From Planctomycetota bacterium (GTDB lineage Bacteria; Planctomycetota; GCA-002687715; CAIWVZ01): a stretch of DNA of 64,000 nucleotides. The DNA is taken from assembly GCA_044222185.1 (NCBI GenBank), contig JBGANV010000001.1, forward strand, positions 1,920,001 through 1,984,000, given 5' to 3'. Of this stretch, positions 1 through 9,570 are shown in pieces. How positions within the stretch are numbered: the first letter of the stretch is position 1; the number at the start of each line of letters is the position of its first letter. The position numbers and the translations under genes are program-made. The notes under the pieces were generated by a model. That model had not been told where the DNA came from. It worked only from the letters and a program-made list of their open reading frames with translations, and did no database searches.

Positions 1-1
1 G

Positions 2-1087
2 GACGGCGACGGACTCTTCCCTGGGAACGGTTCCGGCTCGGCGTCGTTCGGAGCGCTGCGCAAGTACGCCCACGGCCTGCGGGAGATCGGCCTCGACGTC
101 ATCTTCGTGGTCGACGCCACGGGATCGATGGGAAGCTCCATCGACGATGCGCGGCAGCGGATCAACGAGCTCATCGCGGTGATCGGCAGCCTCGTTCCGA
201 GGTTCCGCCTCGCGATCGTCGGATACCGCGACAAGGGCGACGACTTCGTCACGAAGAAGACCCCGCTGACGGACAACCACTACCAGGCCGTGCAGTTCCT
301 GGACGACCTCTCCGCCGGTGGCGGTGGGGACTTCCCAGAGGCCGTGTACGAAGGGTTGCGCGTCGGGATGCGGGACCTGCCGTGGTCCAAGACCGGAGGC
401 AAGGCCGCGCGCCGGATCGTGATCCTCGTCGGAGATGCACCCCCGCACGTGTTCGACGACGAGAGGGTCAACAGCCTCGTCGCATCTTTCGCGTCACAGA
501 GCGGAACGCTCCACACGATCTACTGCGGCGGGAACGGAACGCTCGAAGACCGCGACTCGACCCGAATGCTCTTCGCGCGCCTCGCGAAGAAGACGGGCGG
601 CGTGGCGCTCGCACTCTCCGACGGCAAGCGAGTCGTCGACGGCCTGCTCCCGGTGATCTTCGGCAGGGAATACGAGCTGGGGATGAAGGAGGTGATCGAG
701 AATGCGAGGGCAGGCACGCGCGCGCGGCGATGCCGCGACCTCGTGGCCTCGGCCTCGCCCGCAATGCTTCGGGACGAGATGCTGCGCCCCAATCCCTCGG
801 TCGACCTGTTCAACGCGATCGCCGACAACCTGAAGGCGGAGAACTTCCCGGCGTTCCTGGACGTGCTCCGCCGTTCGGAGGCCTCGGCGCCGGCGCGGTG
901 GGCGGCGTCCGTCTTCGTTCGCCGTATCGCGCGCTCGAAGACGCGTGCGCCTCAACTTTGGGCCGTGGCCTCCGCGCTCGCGGGCGATCTTCCGCAACCG
1001 CGCATGAAGCTCGTCACCGACGACATCAGCCGGAAAGCCAAGGCCGTCGGTCTGGCAACGGAGATGCCGAGCTCGAACGGCCGCTGA
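2..1087 (+). CDS. vWA (MIDAS) domain protein with helical C-terminal domain; 5' end lies outside the window
   Basis: Frame is open from position 2; LDVIFVVDATGSM, GGGDFPEAVYEG and ILVGDAPPH are vWA motifs. Confidence 0.85.
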   Translation, partial: DGDGLFPGNGSGSASFGALRKYAHGLREIGLDVIFVVDATGSMGSSIDDARQRINELIAVIGSLVPRFRLAIVGYRDKGDDFVTKKTPLTDNHYQAVQFLDDLSAGGGGDFPEAVYEGLRVGMRDLPWSKTGGKAARRIVILVGDAPPHVFDDERVNSLVASFASQSGTLHTIYCGGNGTLEDRDSTRMLFARLAKKTGGVALALSDGKRVVDGLLPVIFGREYELGMKEVIENARAGTRARRCRDLVASASPAMLRDEMLRPNPSVDLFNAIADNLKAENFPAFLDVLRRSEASAPARWAASVFVRRIARSKTRAPQLWAVASALAGDLPQPRMKLVTDDISRKAKAVGLATEMPSSNGR

Positions 1088-1100
1088 GGCCGTCGCCGCC

Positions 1101-1955
1101 TCAGGCCACGTGGCGCGCGACGACACGCGGAAGCATGGCGACGAGGGCCGAGACCGACACGGCTCGCTCTCCGTGCTTCTTCGCGATCGCGTCGGCAGCC
1201 GCACCGTGCAGGAAGACGCCAGCGCAGGCGGCGTCGAACGGATCGAGCCCACTCGCCAACAAGGCGCCGATCACGCCCGCAAGGACGTCACCGGTGCCGC
1301 CGGTGGCGAGCCCCGCATTGCCGGTGTCGTTCCTCACGATCCGCCGGCCATCGGTGACGAGCGTGCCCGCGCCTTTCAGCACGACGACGCTGAACCGTTC
1401 GGCCAATCTTCGCGCGCTTCCTTCCCGGTCGGCTTGGATTTCCGCGGCCGTGCAGCCGAGCAGGCGCGCTGCCTCTCCGGGGTGTGGGGTCGCGACGACG
1501 GCCTCACGACGAGGTATGCCGCCGGTCGCCATCCCGTTGAGCGCATCCGCATCGACGACGACGGGAACGGCGACCTGACGCACGACGCGCGCGACGAACG
1601 CGCGAGTCTCGTCGGAGTTCCCGATGCCGGGCCCGATGACGCAGCCATCCTGCGCGCCGCCGAGCGCGATCACGTCCTTGGCCCCGATGGCCGCACACGT
1701 CCCGTTCATCGTGGATCGGACGGCGCGGACCATGGCGGCGGGCACCAGCAGCGAGACCTCGCCCCGGATGTCTTCCGGAACCGCGACCGTCAGCAGGCCG
1801 ACGCCGCTCGCCAACGCGCCACGCGCGGCGAGTGCAGGTGCGCCGGTCCAGCCGACGGCGCCGCCGATCACCAGGAGGCGGCCGCTGTCGCCCTTGTGTG
1901 CATCCAGCGCGCGAGCCGGAAGCCGGGGAGCTTGAATCGAACGCACGTCGCTCAT
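1101..1955 (-). CDS. nnrD: ADP-dependent NAD(P)H-hydrate dehydratase (stand-alone)
   Basis: HKGDSGRLLVIGG, GPGIG, VVDADAL, TPHPGE, VLKGAGT and GGTGDVLAG motifs. Confidence 0.93.
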   Translation of the reverse strand: MSDVRSIQAPRLPARALDAHKGDSGRLLVIGGAVGWTGAPALAARGALASGVGLLTVAVPEDIRGEVSLLVPAAMVRAVRSTMNGTCAAIGAKDVIALGGAQDGCVIGPGIGNSDETRAFVARVVRQVAVPVVVDADALNGMATGGIPRREAVVATPHPGEAARLLGCTAAEIQADREGSARRLAERFSVVVLKGAGTLVTDGRRIVRNDTGNAGLATGGTGDVLAGVIGALLASGLDPFDAACAGVFLHGAAADAIAKKHGERAVSVSALVAMLPRVVARHVA

Positions 1956-2959
1956 GGGAGTGTCACCGTGATCCTGCCGACGGGGCGGCCCCGGGCATTC
2001 TTGATCGGTACGTCCTGAAATGCCTCTAACGACTTTCGCATCGCGTCGTCGATCGCGTCGAGACTGCGAAGAAGCAGGGTAGCGATCAAAGCCTCAGTCG
2101 CACGATGGGACCCATCGTCGAACTTCGTGGCGATCCCGATCCCCGAACCGGGAATGCCGAGAGCATAGAAGCCCTCGGCGCCGACTTTCGGCAGGATGCG
2201 GCCCGCGGTCGCCGTCAGGAAACGCGTGCAGATCCGTCCGTCGCCGCAGTACGCGACGGGTTCACGGGGCACCGCGGCGAGAAATCGCGACCATGCCAGG
2301 CGCGGAGCATCGACGGAACCCGGGCTCACCAGGTGTGCGAAGGCCCGCGCGGCCTGGCGCGTGGAGAGGACGAACGTCGGCGCGCTGCACCCGTCGATCT
2401 CGACGCCGACGCCGGACGGCTCGATCGCCGCGAACGTCGCGAGCATGCAACGGTTGCGGACCTGCACCGGGTGCGACGGGTCCAGGTAGTTCTCCGTGGG
2501 CTCGCCGGACAGTCTCGCGGCGAGCAGCATCCCCGCGTGCTTGCCGGAGCAGTTGTGGTGAAGCGGCCCCGGCTTCGTCCCGGCACGGGCGAGTTCCTCC
2601 GCCGTCGGGCCGTGGAATGGAGAGTGACTTCCGCATTGGAGGTCCGCTTCGGATAGCCCCGCCCGGCGGAGCATCTCGCGGACGGCGTCCACATGGAGCG
2701 GTTGCCCCCCGTGCGAGGCGCCGATCACCGCGATCTCGCGGTCGCTCAGCGCGAATCCAGCCGCGAGGATCCGGTCGATCGCCGCGATCGCCTGGAACGG
2801 TTTCGCCGAGGACCGAAGGAACTGGGGCTCGTCGATCGCGCCGGCGCTCGACAGGGTCGTGGCTTGGTCGACGACGGCGAAGGTCCCCCGGTGGATTGAT
2901 TCGACGCGCTCACCGCGCCAGACGTGCGCGAGGATCGGATTGGGGGCGTCGTTCCGCAT
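1952..2959 (-). CDS. L-asparaginase II (Rhizobium AnsA-type)
   Basis: RSSAKPFQA, HNCSGKHAG, DGCSAP and KVGAEG motifs; 4-nt overlap with nnrD. Confidence 0.88.
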   Translation of the reverse strand: MRNDAPNPILAHVWRGERVESIHRGTFAVVDQATTLSSAGAIDEPQFLRSSAKPFQAIAAIDRILAAGFALSDREIAVIGASHGGQPLHVDAVREMLRRAGLSEADLQCGSHSPFHGPTAEELARAGTKPGPLHHNCSGKHAGMLLAARLSGEPTENYLDPSHPVQVRNRCMLATFAAIEPSGVGVEIDGCSAPTFVLSTRQAARAFAHLVSPGSVDAPRLAWSRFLAAVPREPVAYCGDGRICTRFLTATAGRILPKVGAEGFYALGIPGSGIGIATKFDDGSHRATEALIATLLLRSLDAIDDAMRKSLEAFQDVPIKNARGRPVGRITVTLP

Positions 2960-3010
2960 GGGCCCGGGAGGTTACGGGCGATCGCACGGAACGTCGAGGG
3001 AGTGCGCCGC

Positions 3011-3038
3011 TTGCCGCCTCGAAGTGCGCCAGTACAAT
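3011..3038 (+). promoter_or_regulatory. sigma70-type promoter of the tRNA-Ser pair
   Basis: TTGCCG-N16-TACAAT followed by a GC-rich discriminator, 13 nt before the tRNA. Confidence 0.6.
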
Positions 3039-3051
3039 CGGCCGCCTACCC

Positions 3052-3137
3052 GGAGGGCTGGCAGAGTGGTCGAATGCGGCGGTTTTGAAAACCGTTGACC
3101 GAAAGGTCCGGGGGTTCGAATCCCTCGCCCTCCACCA
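3052..3137 (+). tRNA. tRNA-Ser (anticodon TGA), CCA encoded
   Basis: Acceptor stem GGAGGGC/GCCCTCC, anticodon arm GCGGT-TTTGAAA-ACCGT, long variable arm GACC-GAAA-GGTC, T-loop GTTCGAATC. Confidence 0.95.
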
Positions 3138-3197
3138 GTTTTCAGTGGGGCTCGTGCCTCGCCGGTCGGACCGGATCTCGAGTTCCTCTTCACCTTG

Positions 3198-3289
3198 GGA
3201 GAGGTGGCAGAGTGGTCGAATGCGGCGGTTTGCTAAACCGTTGTCCCGGGCCAAATCTGGGACCAGGGGTTCGAATCCCCTCCTCTCCG
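3198..3289 (+). tRNA. tRNA-Ser (anticodon GCT), CCA not encoded
   Basis: Acceptor stem GGAGAGG/CCTCTCC, G73, anticodon loop TTGCTAA, long variable arm, T-loop GTTCGAATC. Confidence 0.95.
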
Positions 3290-3304
3290 CTTGCGCGCCG
3301 GCGC

Positions 3305-3838
3305 TTGCCGGCGGCGGTTCTGTTTCTCGTGTGCCTCGGTGCGTGCGCTGAGAGATCCCTGGACATCAGCAGCAACCCGCCGGGCGCAGACGTCTTCGTC
3401 GACAACGCCTACGTCGGCCGGACGCCGGTTCGCGTCCCGTTCACACACGGCGGGATGCAGGAGATCATCATCCTCCCGCGGCCGGCCGACGGCGCCGAGT
3501 CCCGGTCGTACCGTCCAGCCGTCATCCGGTACGACTCGGAGCGGTTCGAGCACGACACGCCGGTCGTGGATCTCATCGCCGAGCTCCCACTGATCGCGGC
3601 GGACGACCGGCAGGCGGTAGACGTCGAGCTCAAGCCCGATGGCTGGCGCGAGCTGTACCGCGCCGACCCGCAGGCGTTTCGCGACTCGGTTCGCACGCGC
3701 GCCGAAGCTCTCCGCGTTCGGGTCCGCGACCTCCAGGCCATTGCCACGCCGACGGAGTCAGAACTTCCCGGGGTCGTCGACACGCGCCCGGCGCAGCGGG
3801 CGGATTCCGGCCCCGAGAGCCGATCGACGCTCCCCTGA
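3305..3838 (+). CDS. PEGA-domain lipoprotein (start uncertain, TTG)
   Basis: Lipobox LGAC followed by SLDISSNPPGADVFVDNAYVGRTPV, a PEGA signature. Confidence 0.75.
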   Translation: MPAAVLFLVCLGACAERSLDISSNPPGADVFVDNAYVGRTPVRVPFTHGGMQEIIILPRPADGAESRSYRPAVIRYDSERFEHDTPVVDLIAELPLIAADDRQAVDVELKPDGWRELYRADPQAFRDSVRTRAEALRVRVRDLQAIATPTESELPGVVDTRPAQRADSGPESRSTLP

Positions 3839-3980
3839 CGGCGGCCCCGACCATCGACCGCAGCTTCGTGGCCGGTCTGGTCGATCGGTTGGAAGCGCGG
3901 CGGAACGACGTGCGCACGGGGGCGCGCCGCCGTTGGCCCGGCATCCTCGACTGATAAAGTGCCCGGCTTCATTGTGTTTC

Positions 3981-3996
3981 GGGCCGTCGACTTGCA
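3981..3996 (+). promoter_or_regulatory. putative sigma54 -24/-12 promoter of mcsA-mcsB-clpC
   Basis: gGGCCGTcgacTTGCA: GG-N10-GC spacing with TTGCA, 33 nt before the mcsA ATG. Confidence 0.45.
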
Positions 3997-4029
3997 ATCC
4001 CCAGGAGTCGGTGGCCGTGGGAGGCGGGG

Positions 4030-4578
4030 ATGCTCTGTCAAGCGTGCGGCAAGACCGAAGCGATCGTGCGGTTCACCGACATGGTGGACGGCGAGAAGCG
4101 CCAGTTCTGGCTCTGCCCCGCGTGCGTCGTCGCCAAGGGTGTCGTCCTCGAGCCCGCCGTGTTCGCCACGGTCGCACCCCTGCCCCCGGCCGTCGAAAAC
4201 CTCATCACCCCGGTGATCGAAGCCCTGAAGAGCTCCGTCCAGAAGGCCGCCCAGACGTCACGGGACCCGGACAAGACCTGCCCCGAGTGCTCCATCACCT
4301 TCGCCGAGTTCAAGAAGCGGGGGCGGCTCGGTTGCCCCCACGACTACGTCGCGTTCGAGGAGGAGCTTGGGGCGCTGCTCGAGAAGATTCACGGCCGCAG
4401 CGAACACCGCGGCAAGGTGCCCCAGACCGTGAAGAACCGGCGTGCGATCAGGCATCGCCTCGACGCCATACGCCGAGAACTCGAGCAGGCGGTACAGGAG
4501 GAGGACTACGAACGGGCGGCGAGCCTGCGAGATCGCCTGAGGGATCTGCAGAAGTCCGATGGGGACTCGGATGACTGA
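4030..4578 (+). CDS. mcsA: Protein-arginine kinase activator McsA
   Basis: MLCQACG, CPAC, CPEC and GRLGCPHDY zinc motifs; C-terminal UVR domain EDYERAASLRD. Confidence 0.92.
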   Translation: MLCQACGKTEAIVRFTDMVDGEKRQFWLCPACVVAKGVVLEPAVFATVAPLPPAVENLITPVIEALKSSVQKAAQTSRDPDKTCPECSITFAEFKKRGRLGCPHDYVAFEEELGALLEKIHGRSEHRGKVPQTVKNRRAIRHRLDAIRRELEQAVQEEDYERAASLRDRLRDLQKSDGDSDD

Positions 4579-5620
4579 GATTCCCACGCGCGGAGTCTGG
4601 TTCCGAGCGATCGGCCCTGAAGCCGACGTCGCCATGTCGACCCGGATCCGGCTGGCGAGAAACGTCCACGGCTTCCCCTTCCCCGGCCATATCGCCGGCG
4701 ACAAGAAGACGGAACTCGAAGTGCGCCTGCGCGATTGGATCAACCAGTCCCGTGTGGCCGAGAACTTCCAGTACCTGAACCTGAATGGACTGCCCCAACT
4801 CCAGCGCACGCTCCTCGTCGAGGAGCACATCATCTCGCGCGAGCTCGCGAACGGAAGCGGCGACCGCGGCGTGACCTATGCGCTCGGCGACATGGTCAGC
4901 GTCATGACGAACGAGGAGGACCACCTGCGGATCCAGGTTCTCCGCACGGGATTGGCGCTCCGCGCCGCGTTCGACGCGATCTCGGTCATCGACTCCAAGC
5001 TCGAGCGGGTGATCCCCTACGCGTACCACGACACGTTCGGGTACCTGACATCCTGTCCGACGAACTGTGGCACCGGCATGCGCATTTCGGTGATGCTCCA
5101 CCTGCCTGCGCTGGTTCTCGCCAACCAGATCCAGAAAGTGTTTCAGGCCGCGACCAAGGTCGGTCTCACGGTCCGCGGCTTCTATGGCGAGGGCACCAAC
5201 GCCTCCGGCGACTTTTTCCAGATCAGCAACCAACATACGCTCGGCAGGACCGAAGAAGATCTACTGACAGATGTCGAGCGGATCGTGACGAAGATCGTTG
5301 AGTACGAACGCGGAGTCCGCCGGCATCTCATGGACGCGAAGCGTGTGGTGCTGGAGGACAAGGTGTGGCGCTCGCTCGGTCTGCTGCGGTACGCCCGCAA
5401 GCTGACGTCCGACGAGGCGATGGAACTGCTGTCAGCGGTTCGCCTCGGCGTGACGTTGGAACTTGTGCCAGGGTTGAACGTAGCCGACGTCAACGAGCTC
5501 TTCGTCCTGACACAGCCGGCTCACCTCCAGGCGCTCAAGGGAAGAACGCTGGAGGCTGCCGACCGTGACGTCGCACGCGCATCGCTGGTGAGGGACCGTC
5601 TCAAGCCGGAACTGAACTGA
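4571..5620 (+). CDS. mcsB: Protein-arginine kinase McsB
   Basis: STRIRLARN, NEEDHLRIQ, GYLTSCPTNCGTG, RGFYGEG and QISNQ motifs. Confidence 0.95.
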   Translation: MTEIPTRGVWFRAIGPEADVAMSTRIRLARNVHGFPFPGHIAGDKKTELEVRLRDWINQSRVAENFQYLNLNGLPQLQRTLLVEEHIISRELANGSGDRGVTYALGDMVSVMTNEEDHLRIQVLRTGLALRAAFDAISVIDSKLERVIPYAYHDTFGYLTSCPTNCGTGMRISVMLHLPALVLANQIQKVFQAATKVGLTVRGFYGEGTNASGDFFQISNQHTLGRTEEDLLTDVERIVTKIVEYERGVRRHLMDAKRVVLEDKVWRSLGLLRYARKLTSDEAMELLSAVRLGVTLELVPGLNVADVNELFVLTQPAHLQALKGRTLEAADRDVARASLVRDRLKPELN

Positions 5621-5669
5621 CGTTTGCAGGACGCCGCCCCGCGGTTGTCGTCCGCCGTTGGAGAATCTG

Positions 5670-8204
5670 ATGTTCGATCGTTTCACGGACCGGGCACGCA
5701 AGGTGATGGGGCTCGCTCGGCAAGAGGCCCAGCGACTCAATCACGAGTACATCGGGACAGAGCACATCCTCCTGGGTCTCGTCCAGGAAGGGAGCGGTGT
5801 CGCCGCCAACGTGCTCAAGAACCTCGACATCGATCTGAAGAAGATCCGTCAAGAGGTGGAGAAGCTGGTCAAGGCCGGCCCCTCCATGGTCACGATGGGT
5901 CAGCTTCCCTTCACGCCGAGGGCGAAGAAGGTCCTCGAGCTCGCGCTCGAGGAGGCGTCGAACCTCGGACACAACTACATCGGGACCGAGCACATCCTCC
6001 TGGGCCTCATCCGCGAGCGCGACGGAAAGGCCGCCAAGGTGCTCACGAACCTCAGCGTCAAGCTCGAGACGGTCCGCGAAGAGGTCCTGGACTTCCTCGG
6101 CGCCGACGTCTCCAATGCCGAGGCGGCGGAGAAGGAACAACCGGCCGCGCCTGCGACGCCGCCCGCTCCGGGCAATGGCAACACGCAAAACAGCAAGTCG
6201 AAGACGCCGGCTCTCGATTCGTTCGGTCGTGACCTCACGGAGTTCGCCCGCGAAGGCAAGCTCGATCCGGTGATCGGTCGCGCGAAGGAGATCGAGCGCG
6301 TCATCCAGATCCTGTGCCGGCGCACGAAGAACAACCCGGTGCTGCTCGGCGAGGCGGGCGTCGGCAAGACCGCGATCGTCGAAGGGCTCGCCCAGAGCAT
6401 CGTCCGCGGCGACGTGCCCGAGTTGCTGCTCGACAAGCGGATCGTCGTGCTCGACCTCGCCATGATGGTCGCTGGCACGAAGTACCGCGGACAGTTCGAA
6501 GAGCGCATCAAGGCTGTGATGACGGAGGTCCGTCGCGCACGCAACGTGATCCTCTTCATCGACGAATTGCACACGTTGGTCGGGGCCGGTGGCGCCGAAG
6601 GTGCCATCGACGCAAGCAACGTGCTGAAGCCCGCGCTGTCGCGTGGCGAGGTGCAGTGCATCGGCGCGACGACGCTGGACGAATACCGCAAGTACATCGA
6701 GAAGGACGGGGCCCTCGAGCGTCGCTTCCAGACGATCATCGTCGAGCCGCCGAGCAAGGAGGAGGCCGTCGAGATCCTCCGCGGGCTCCGCGACAAGTAC
6801 GAAGCCCACCACCGCGTCCGGTACACCGACGAGGCGCTCAGCGCCGCAGTCGAGTACTCGTCGCGGTACATCTCGGGGCGGTTCCTGCCGGACAAGGCGC
6901 TGGACGTCGTCGACGAAGCGGGCGCCCGCCTTCGTCTGCGCGCCATGACGCAGCCGTCCGAGATCAAGGAGCTCGAGGGCGAGATCGCCCGGCTCGACAA
7001 GGACAAGGAGGAGTCCGTCGCGGGTCAGGACTTCGAGCGCGCCGCCCAGCTGCGCGACCAGGCCTACCGTCTTCGCAAGAAGAAGGAGCAGATGGTCACG
7101 GAGTGGAAGGAGCGAAGCCGCAGCGAGGATGGAGTCGTCGATGCGGATGCCATCGCCGAAACCGTCTCGAAAATGACGGGCGTCCCGCTCACGCGGCTCG
7201 ACCAAGGCGAAGCGACCCGGTTGCTCAAGATGGAGGACGAGCTCAAGAAGGCCGTCGTCTCGCAGGACGAGGCCATCCACGCGATCGCGAAGGCCGTTCG
7301 CCGGTCGCGCTCGGGCATGAAGGATCCGCGCCGTCCCATCGGCTCGTTCATCTTCCTGGGCCCGACGGGCGTCGGAAAGACGCACCTCGCGAAGCAGCTC
7401 GCCAAGTTCATGTTCGGGAGCGAGGACGCGCTGATCCAGATCGACATGTCCGAGTACATGGAGAACTTCAACGCCTCGAAGCTCGTGGGGGCGCCCCCGG
7501 GCTACGTGGGCTACGAGGAGGGTGGCCAGCTCACCGAGAAGGTGCGTCGCCGCCCCTACAGCGTCGTCCTGCTCGACGAGATCGAAAAGGCACACGCCGA
7601 CATCTTCAACATGCTCCTCCAGATCATGGAGGAGGGCCGTCTCACCGACTCGTTCGGCCGGCAGATCGACTTCAAGAACACGGTCTTGATCATGACGTCG
7701 AACATCGGCGCCAACGTGATCAAGAGCCGTACGGGGCTGGGATTCCACACGACCGCCGAGGAAGCGTCCGGCAACAAGATGCGGGACCTCCTGAAGGGCG
7801 AGGTGGACCGGTTCTTCCGTCCCGAGTTCCTGAACCGTGTCGACGAGATGATCTTCTTCCGTCCGCTGGACCGCGAGGACCTGAAGCACATCGTGAGCAT
7901 CCAGCTCACCGACGTGCTGACGCGCATCGCGAAGAAGAACATCCACCTGAACATCACGGAGGAGGCGAAGGAGTTCCTGCTCGACAAGGGCTATTCGACC
8001 GAGTACGGCGCACGGCCCATGCGTCGTGCGATCGAGCGCTACGTCGAAGATCCGCTGTCCGAGGAGATCCTCCGCGGGAACATCAGCGAAGGCGCCACGC
8101 TCGACGTGCGCGTCGGGATGGATGCGCTCACGTTCCTCCCGGCGCCGGTGGCCGAGCCCAAGACGCCGCCGCCGCCCGTGGGTGCGACGCTCACGGGACC
8201 CTGA
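5670..8204 (+). CDS. clpC: ATP-dependent Clp protease ATP-binding subunit ClpC
   Basis: [11 protein letters not shown], two Clp-N repeats, Walker A motifs GEAGVGKT and [11 protein letters not shown] middle domain, LGF loop. Confidence 0.97.
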   Translation: MFDRFTDRARKVMGLARQEAQRLNHEYIGTEHILLGLVQEGSGVAANVLKNLDIDLKKIRQEVEKLVKAGPSMVTMGQLPFTPRAKKVLELALEEASNLGHNYIGTEHILLGLIRERDGKAAKVLTNLSVKLETVREEVLDFLGADVSNAEAAEKEQPAAPATPPAPGNGNTQNSKSKTPALDSFGRDLTEFAREGKLDPVIGRAKEIERVIQILCRRTKNNPVLLGEAGVGKTAIVEGLAQSIVRGDVPELLLDKRIVVLDLAMMVAGTKYRGQFEERIKAVMTEVRRARNVILFIDELHTLVGAGGAEGAIDASNVLKPALSRGEVQCIGATTLDEYRKYIEKDGALERRFQTIIVEPPSKEEAVEILRGLRDKYEAHHRVRYTDEALSAAVEYSSRYISGRFLPDKALDVVDEAGARLRLRAMTQPSEIKELEGEIARLDKDKEESVAGQDFERAAQLRDQAYRLRKKKEQMVTEWKERSRSEDGVVDADAIAETVSKMTGVPLTRLDQGEATRLLKMEDELKKAVVSQDEAIHAIAKAVRRSRSGMKDPRRPIGSFIFLGPTGVGKTHLAKQLAKFMFGSEDALIQIDMSEYMENFNASKLVGAPPGYVGYEEGGQLTEKVRRRPYSVVLLDEIEKAHADIFNMLLQIMEEGRLTDSFGRQIDFKNTVLIMTSNIGANVIKSRTGLGFHTTAEEASGNKMRDLLKGEVDRFFRPEFLNRVDEMIFFRPLDREDLKHIVSIQLTDVLTRIAKKNIHLNITEEAKEFLLDKGYSTEYGARPMRRAIERYVEDPLSEEILRGNISEGATLDVRVGMDALTFLPAPVAEPKTPPPPVGATLTGP

Positions 8205-8241
8205 TCGCGCCAGCTGATCGGGCGCGCGAGAGTGCGACGAT

Positions 8242-8280
8242 GCGGGAGGCCGGGTTCACCCCGACCTCCCGTCTTCATTT
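8242..8280 (+). terminator. intrinsic terminator after clpC
   Basis: Hairpin GCGGGAGGcCGGG..CCCGaCCTCCCGT followed by CTTCATTT. Confidence 0.6.
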
Positions 8281-8535
8281 CCAGGCGCCCAGGTTGCGCT
8301 GATCTCATCCACCGCGCCGTTGCGAGCCGGGACCGACGTGCATCTATCGTCCAACGTTCGCACCGTCGTGACGATCCCTCTCTTCAGAACGACGCGGGGC
8401 GAAACCAACCTCGACGCGGCCTCGAAGCGCGCATAAACGACGGTGCCGGGCCATCGGTTCAAATCCGTGGCGCGCTGCGTCGCCATTCTCGCCAATCGAG
8501 ATTTCCCGGCCCGATCTGTGGTATCTGGGAGCACC

Positions 8536-9570
8536 ATGAAAGCGCTGTTGCTGATCCTCGTCTGCGCGCTGATCCTCTCTGCGTCGGCCATCACGATCAT
8601 CGACAAGTTCAAGGCGAAGCCGCCGGAACCGCAGTCGGCTTCGCGCATGCAGGCGGCCGCCGGCAAGACGGATCCAGCCCTGCTGGATCGCATGGACCGG
8701 ATCGAGAAGCTCCTCGCGGACGTCACGGAGATGCTCCAGATCCCGCCGATCGACCCGGCGACGGCGAGCCGCCCGACGGAGCCTGGTGAAGACCCGCGCC
8801 CGCTCCCCGTCGGACTCGGACAACGGTTGCAATACGTGGAGTCGGCGCTCGTCGACCTGCAGCGGCAGTCGAACCTCGACATCATGCAGCTGTACTCGAA
8901 GCTCAACAAACATCTGAACGAGTTCGAGGTCGAGCTGGCCGCGGTGACGTCGCGCCCGTCGAAACACGCCCCGTCCACGGACGACCTGAAGAAGCTCGGC
9001 GTCAACTACAACGCCGCCGAGAAGCGCATCGACATCGAGGCGATGTTCACCCAGCCTACGCGCACGCTCGAGTTCTTCGGCGTCGCGTCCGGCGGGAACG
9101 CCTACGAATCCATGCTGGTTCTGAACGTGACACCGAGCGCGTTGAAACGAGCGATCGCCTCCATGGAGGTGAAGGAGGCGGATGACCCGGACCCCCGCTC
9201 GCAGTTGCCGCCGCGTGGCGACGGCGTCTACGTCTACGTGACGTGGGAAGGACGCGCCAAACCGTGCCGCATCGAGGACCTTGTGATCGGAGCCTCGGGT
9301 GGCGGGAAGCTTCCGCACACGAAGTTCGTGTTCACGGCCAGCCGTGAGTTCGTCGATCGCGTGACGTGGGAGGACCACTTTGCCGCCGACGTTTACAAGA
9401 ACGTCGTCGCTCTCGCCTGGCGCTACGCCTCGGACTGCGTGCTCGCCTGCCCACTCATGGAGGCGCAATACGAGGATCGATGGGTCCCCGACATGGCGGC
9501 TGTCCCCGCGGCCGAGACGCACGCCACGCTGATCATCCTCCGCGAGCCGCGGAGCGACTGGGACACGTGA
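8536..9570 (+). CDS. Exported protein with coiled coil and YdjY-like C-terminal domain
   Basis: Signal or anchor MKALLLILVCALILSA; LEFFG...AYESMLVLNVTPS, GDGVYVYVTWEG and FVFTAS resemble the YdjY family. Confidence 0.6.
   Translation: MKALLLILVCALILSASAITIIDKFKAKPPEPQSASRMQAAAGKTDPALLDRMDRIEKLLADVTEMLQIPPIDPATASRPTEPGEDPRPLPVGLGQRLQYVESALVDLQRQSNLDIMQLYSKLNKHLNEFEVELAAVTSRPSKHAPSTDDLKKLGVNYNAAEKRIDIEAMFTQPTRTLEFFGVASGGNAYESMLVLNVTPSALKRAIASMEVKEADDPDPRSQLPPRGDGVYVYVTWEGRAKPCRIEDLVIGASGGGKLPHTKFVFTASREFVDRVTWEDHFAADVYKNVVALAWRYASDCVLACPLMEAQYEDRWVPDMAAVPAAETHATLIILREPRSDWDT

Noticed and set aside
3052-3289. tRNA pair as an integration site or CRISPR-like repeat
   Set aside because: The repeats are the tRNAs themselves; no integrase, cas gene or duplicated 3' end elsewhere in the window
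5601-7946. 781-aa minus-strand ORF (and 662-aa off-frame ORF 6314-8302)
   Set aside because: Antisense and frame shadows of clpC, typical of high-GC DNA; no motifs
8451-8470. CCATCGGTTCAAATCCGTGG, a tRNA T-arm-like hairpin
   Set aside because: No acceptor, D or anticodon arms can be built, and no integrase or matching att copy is present
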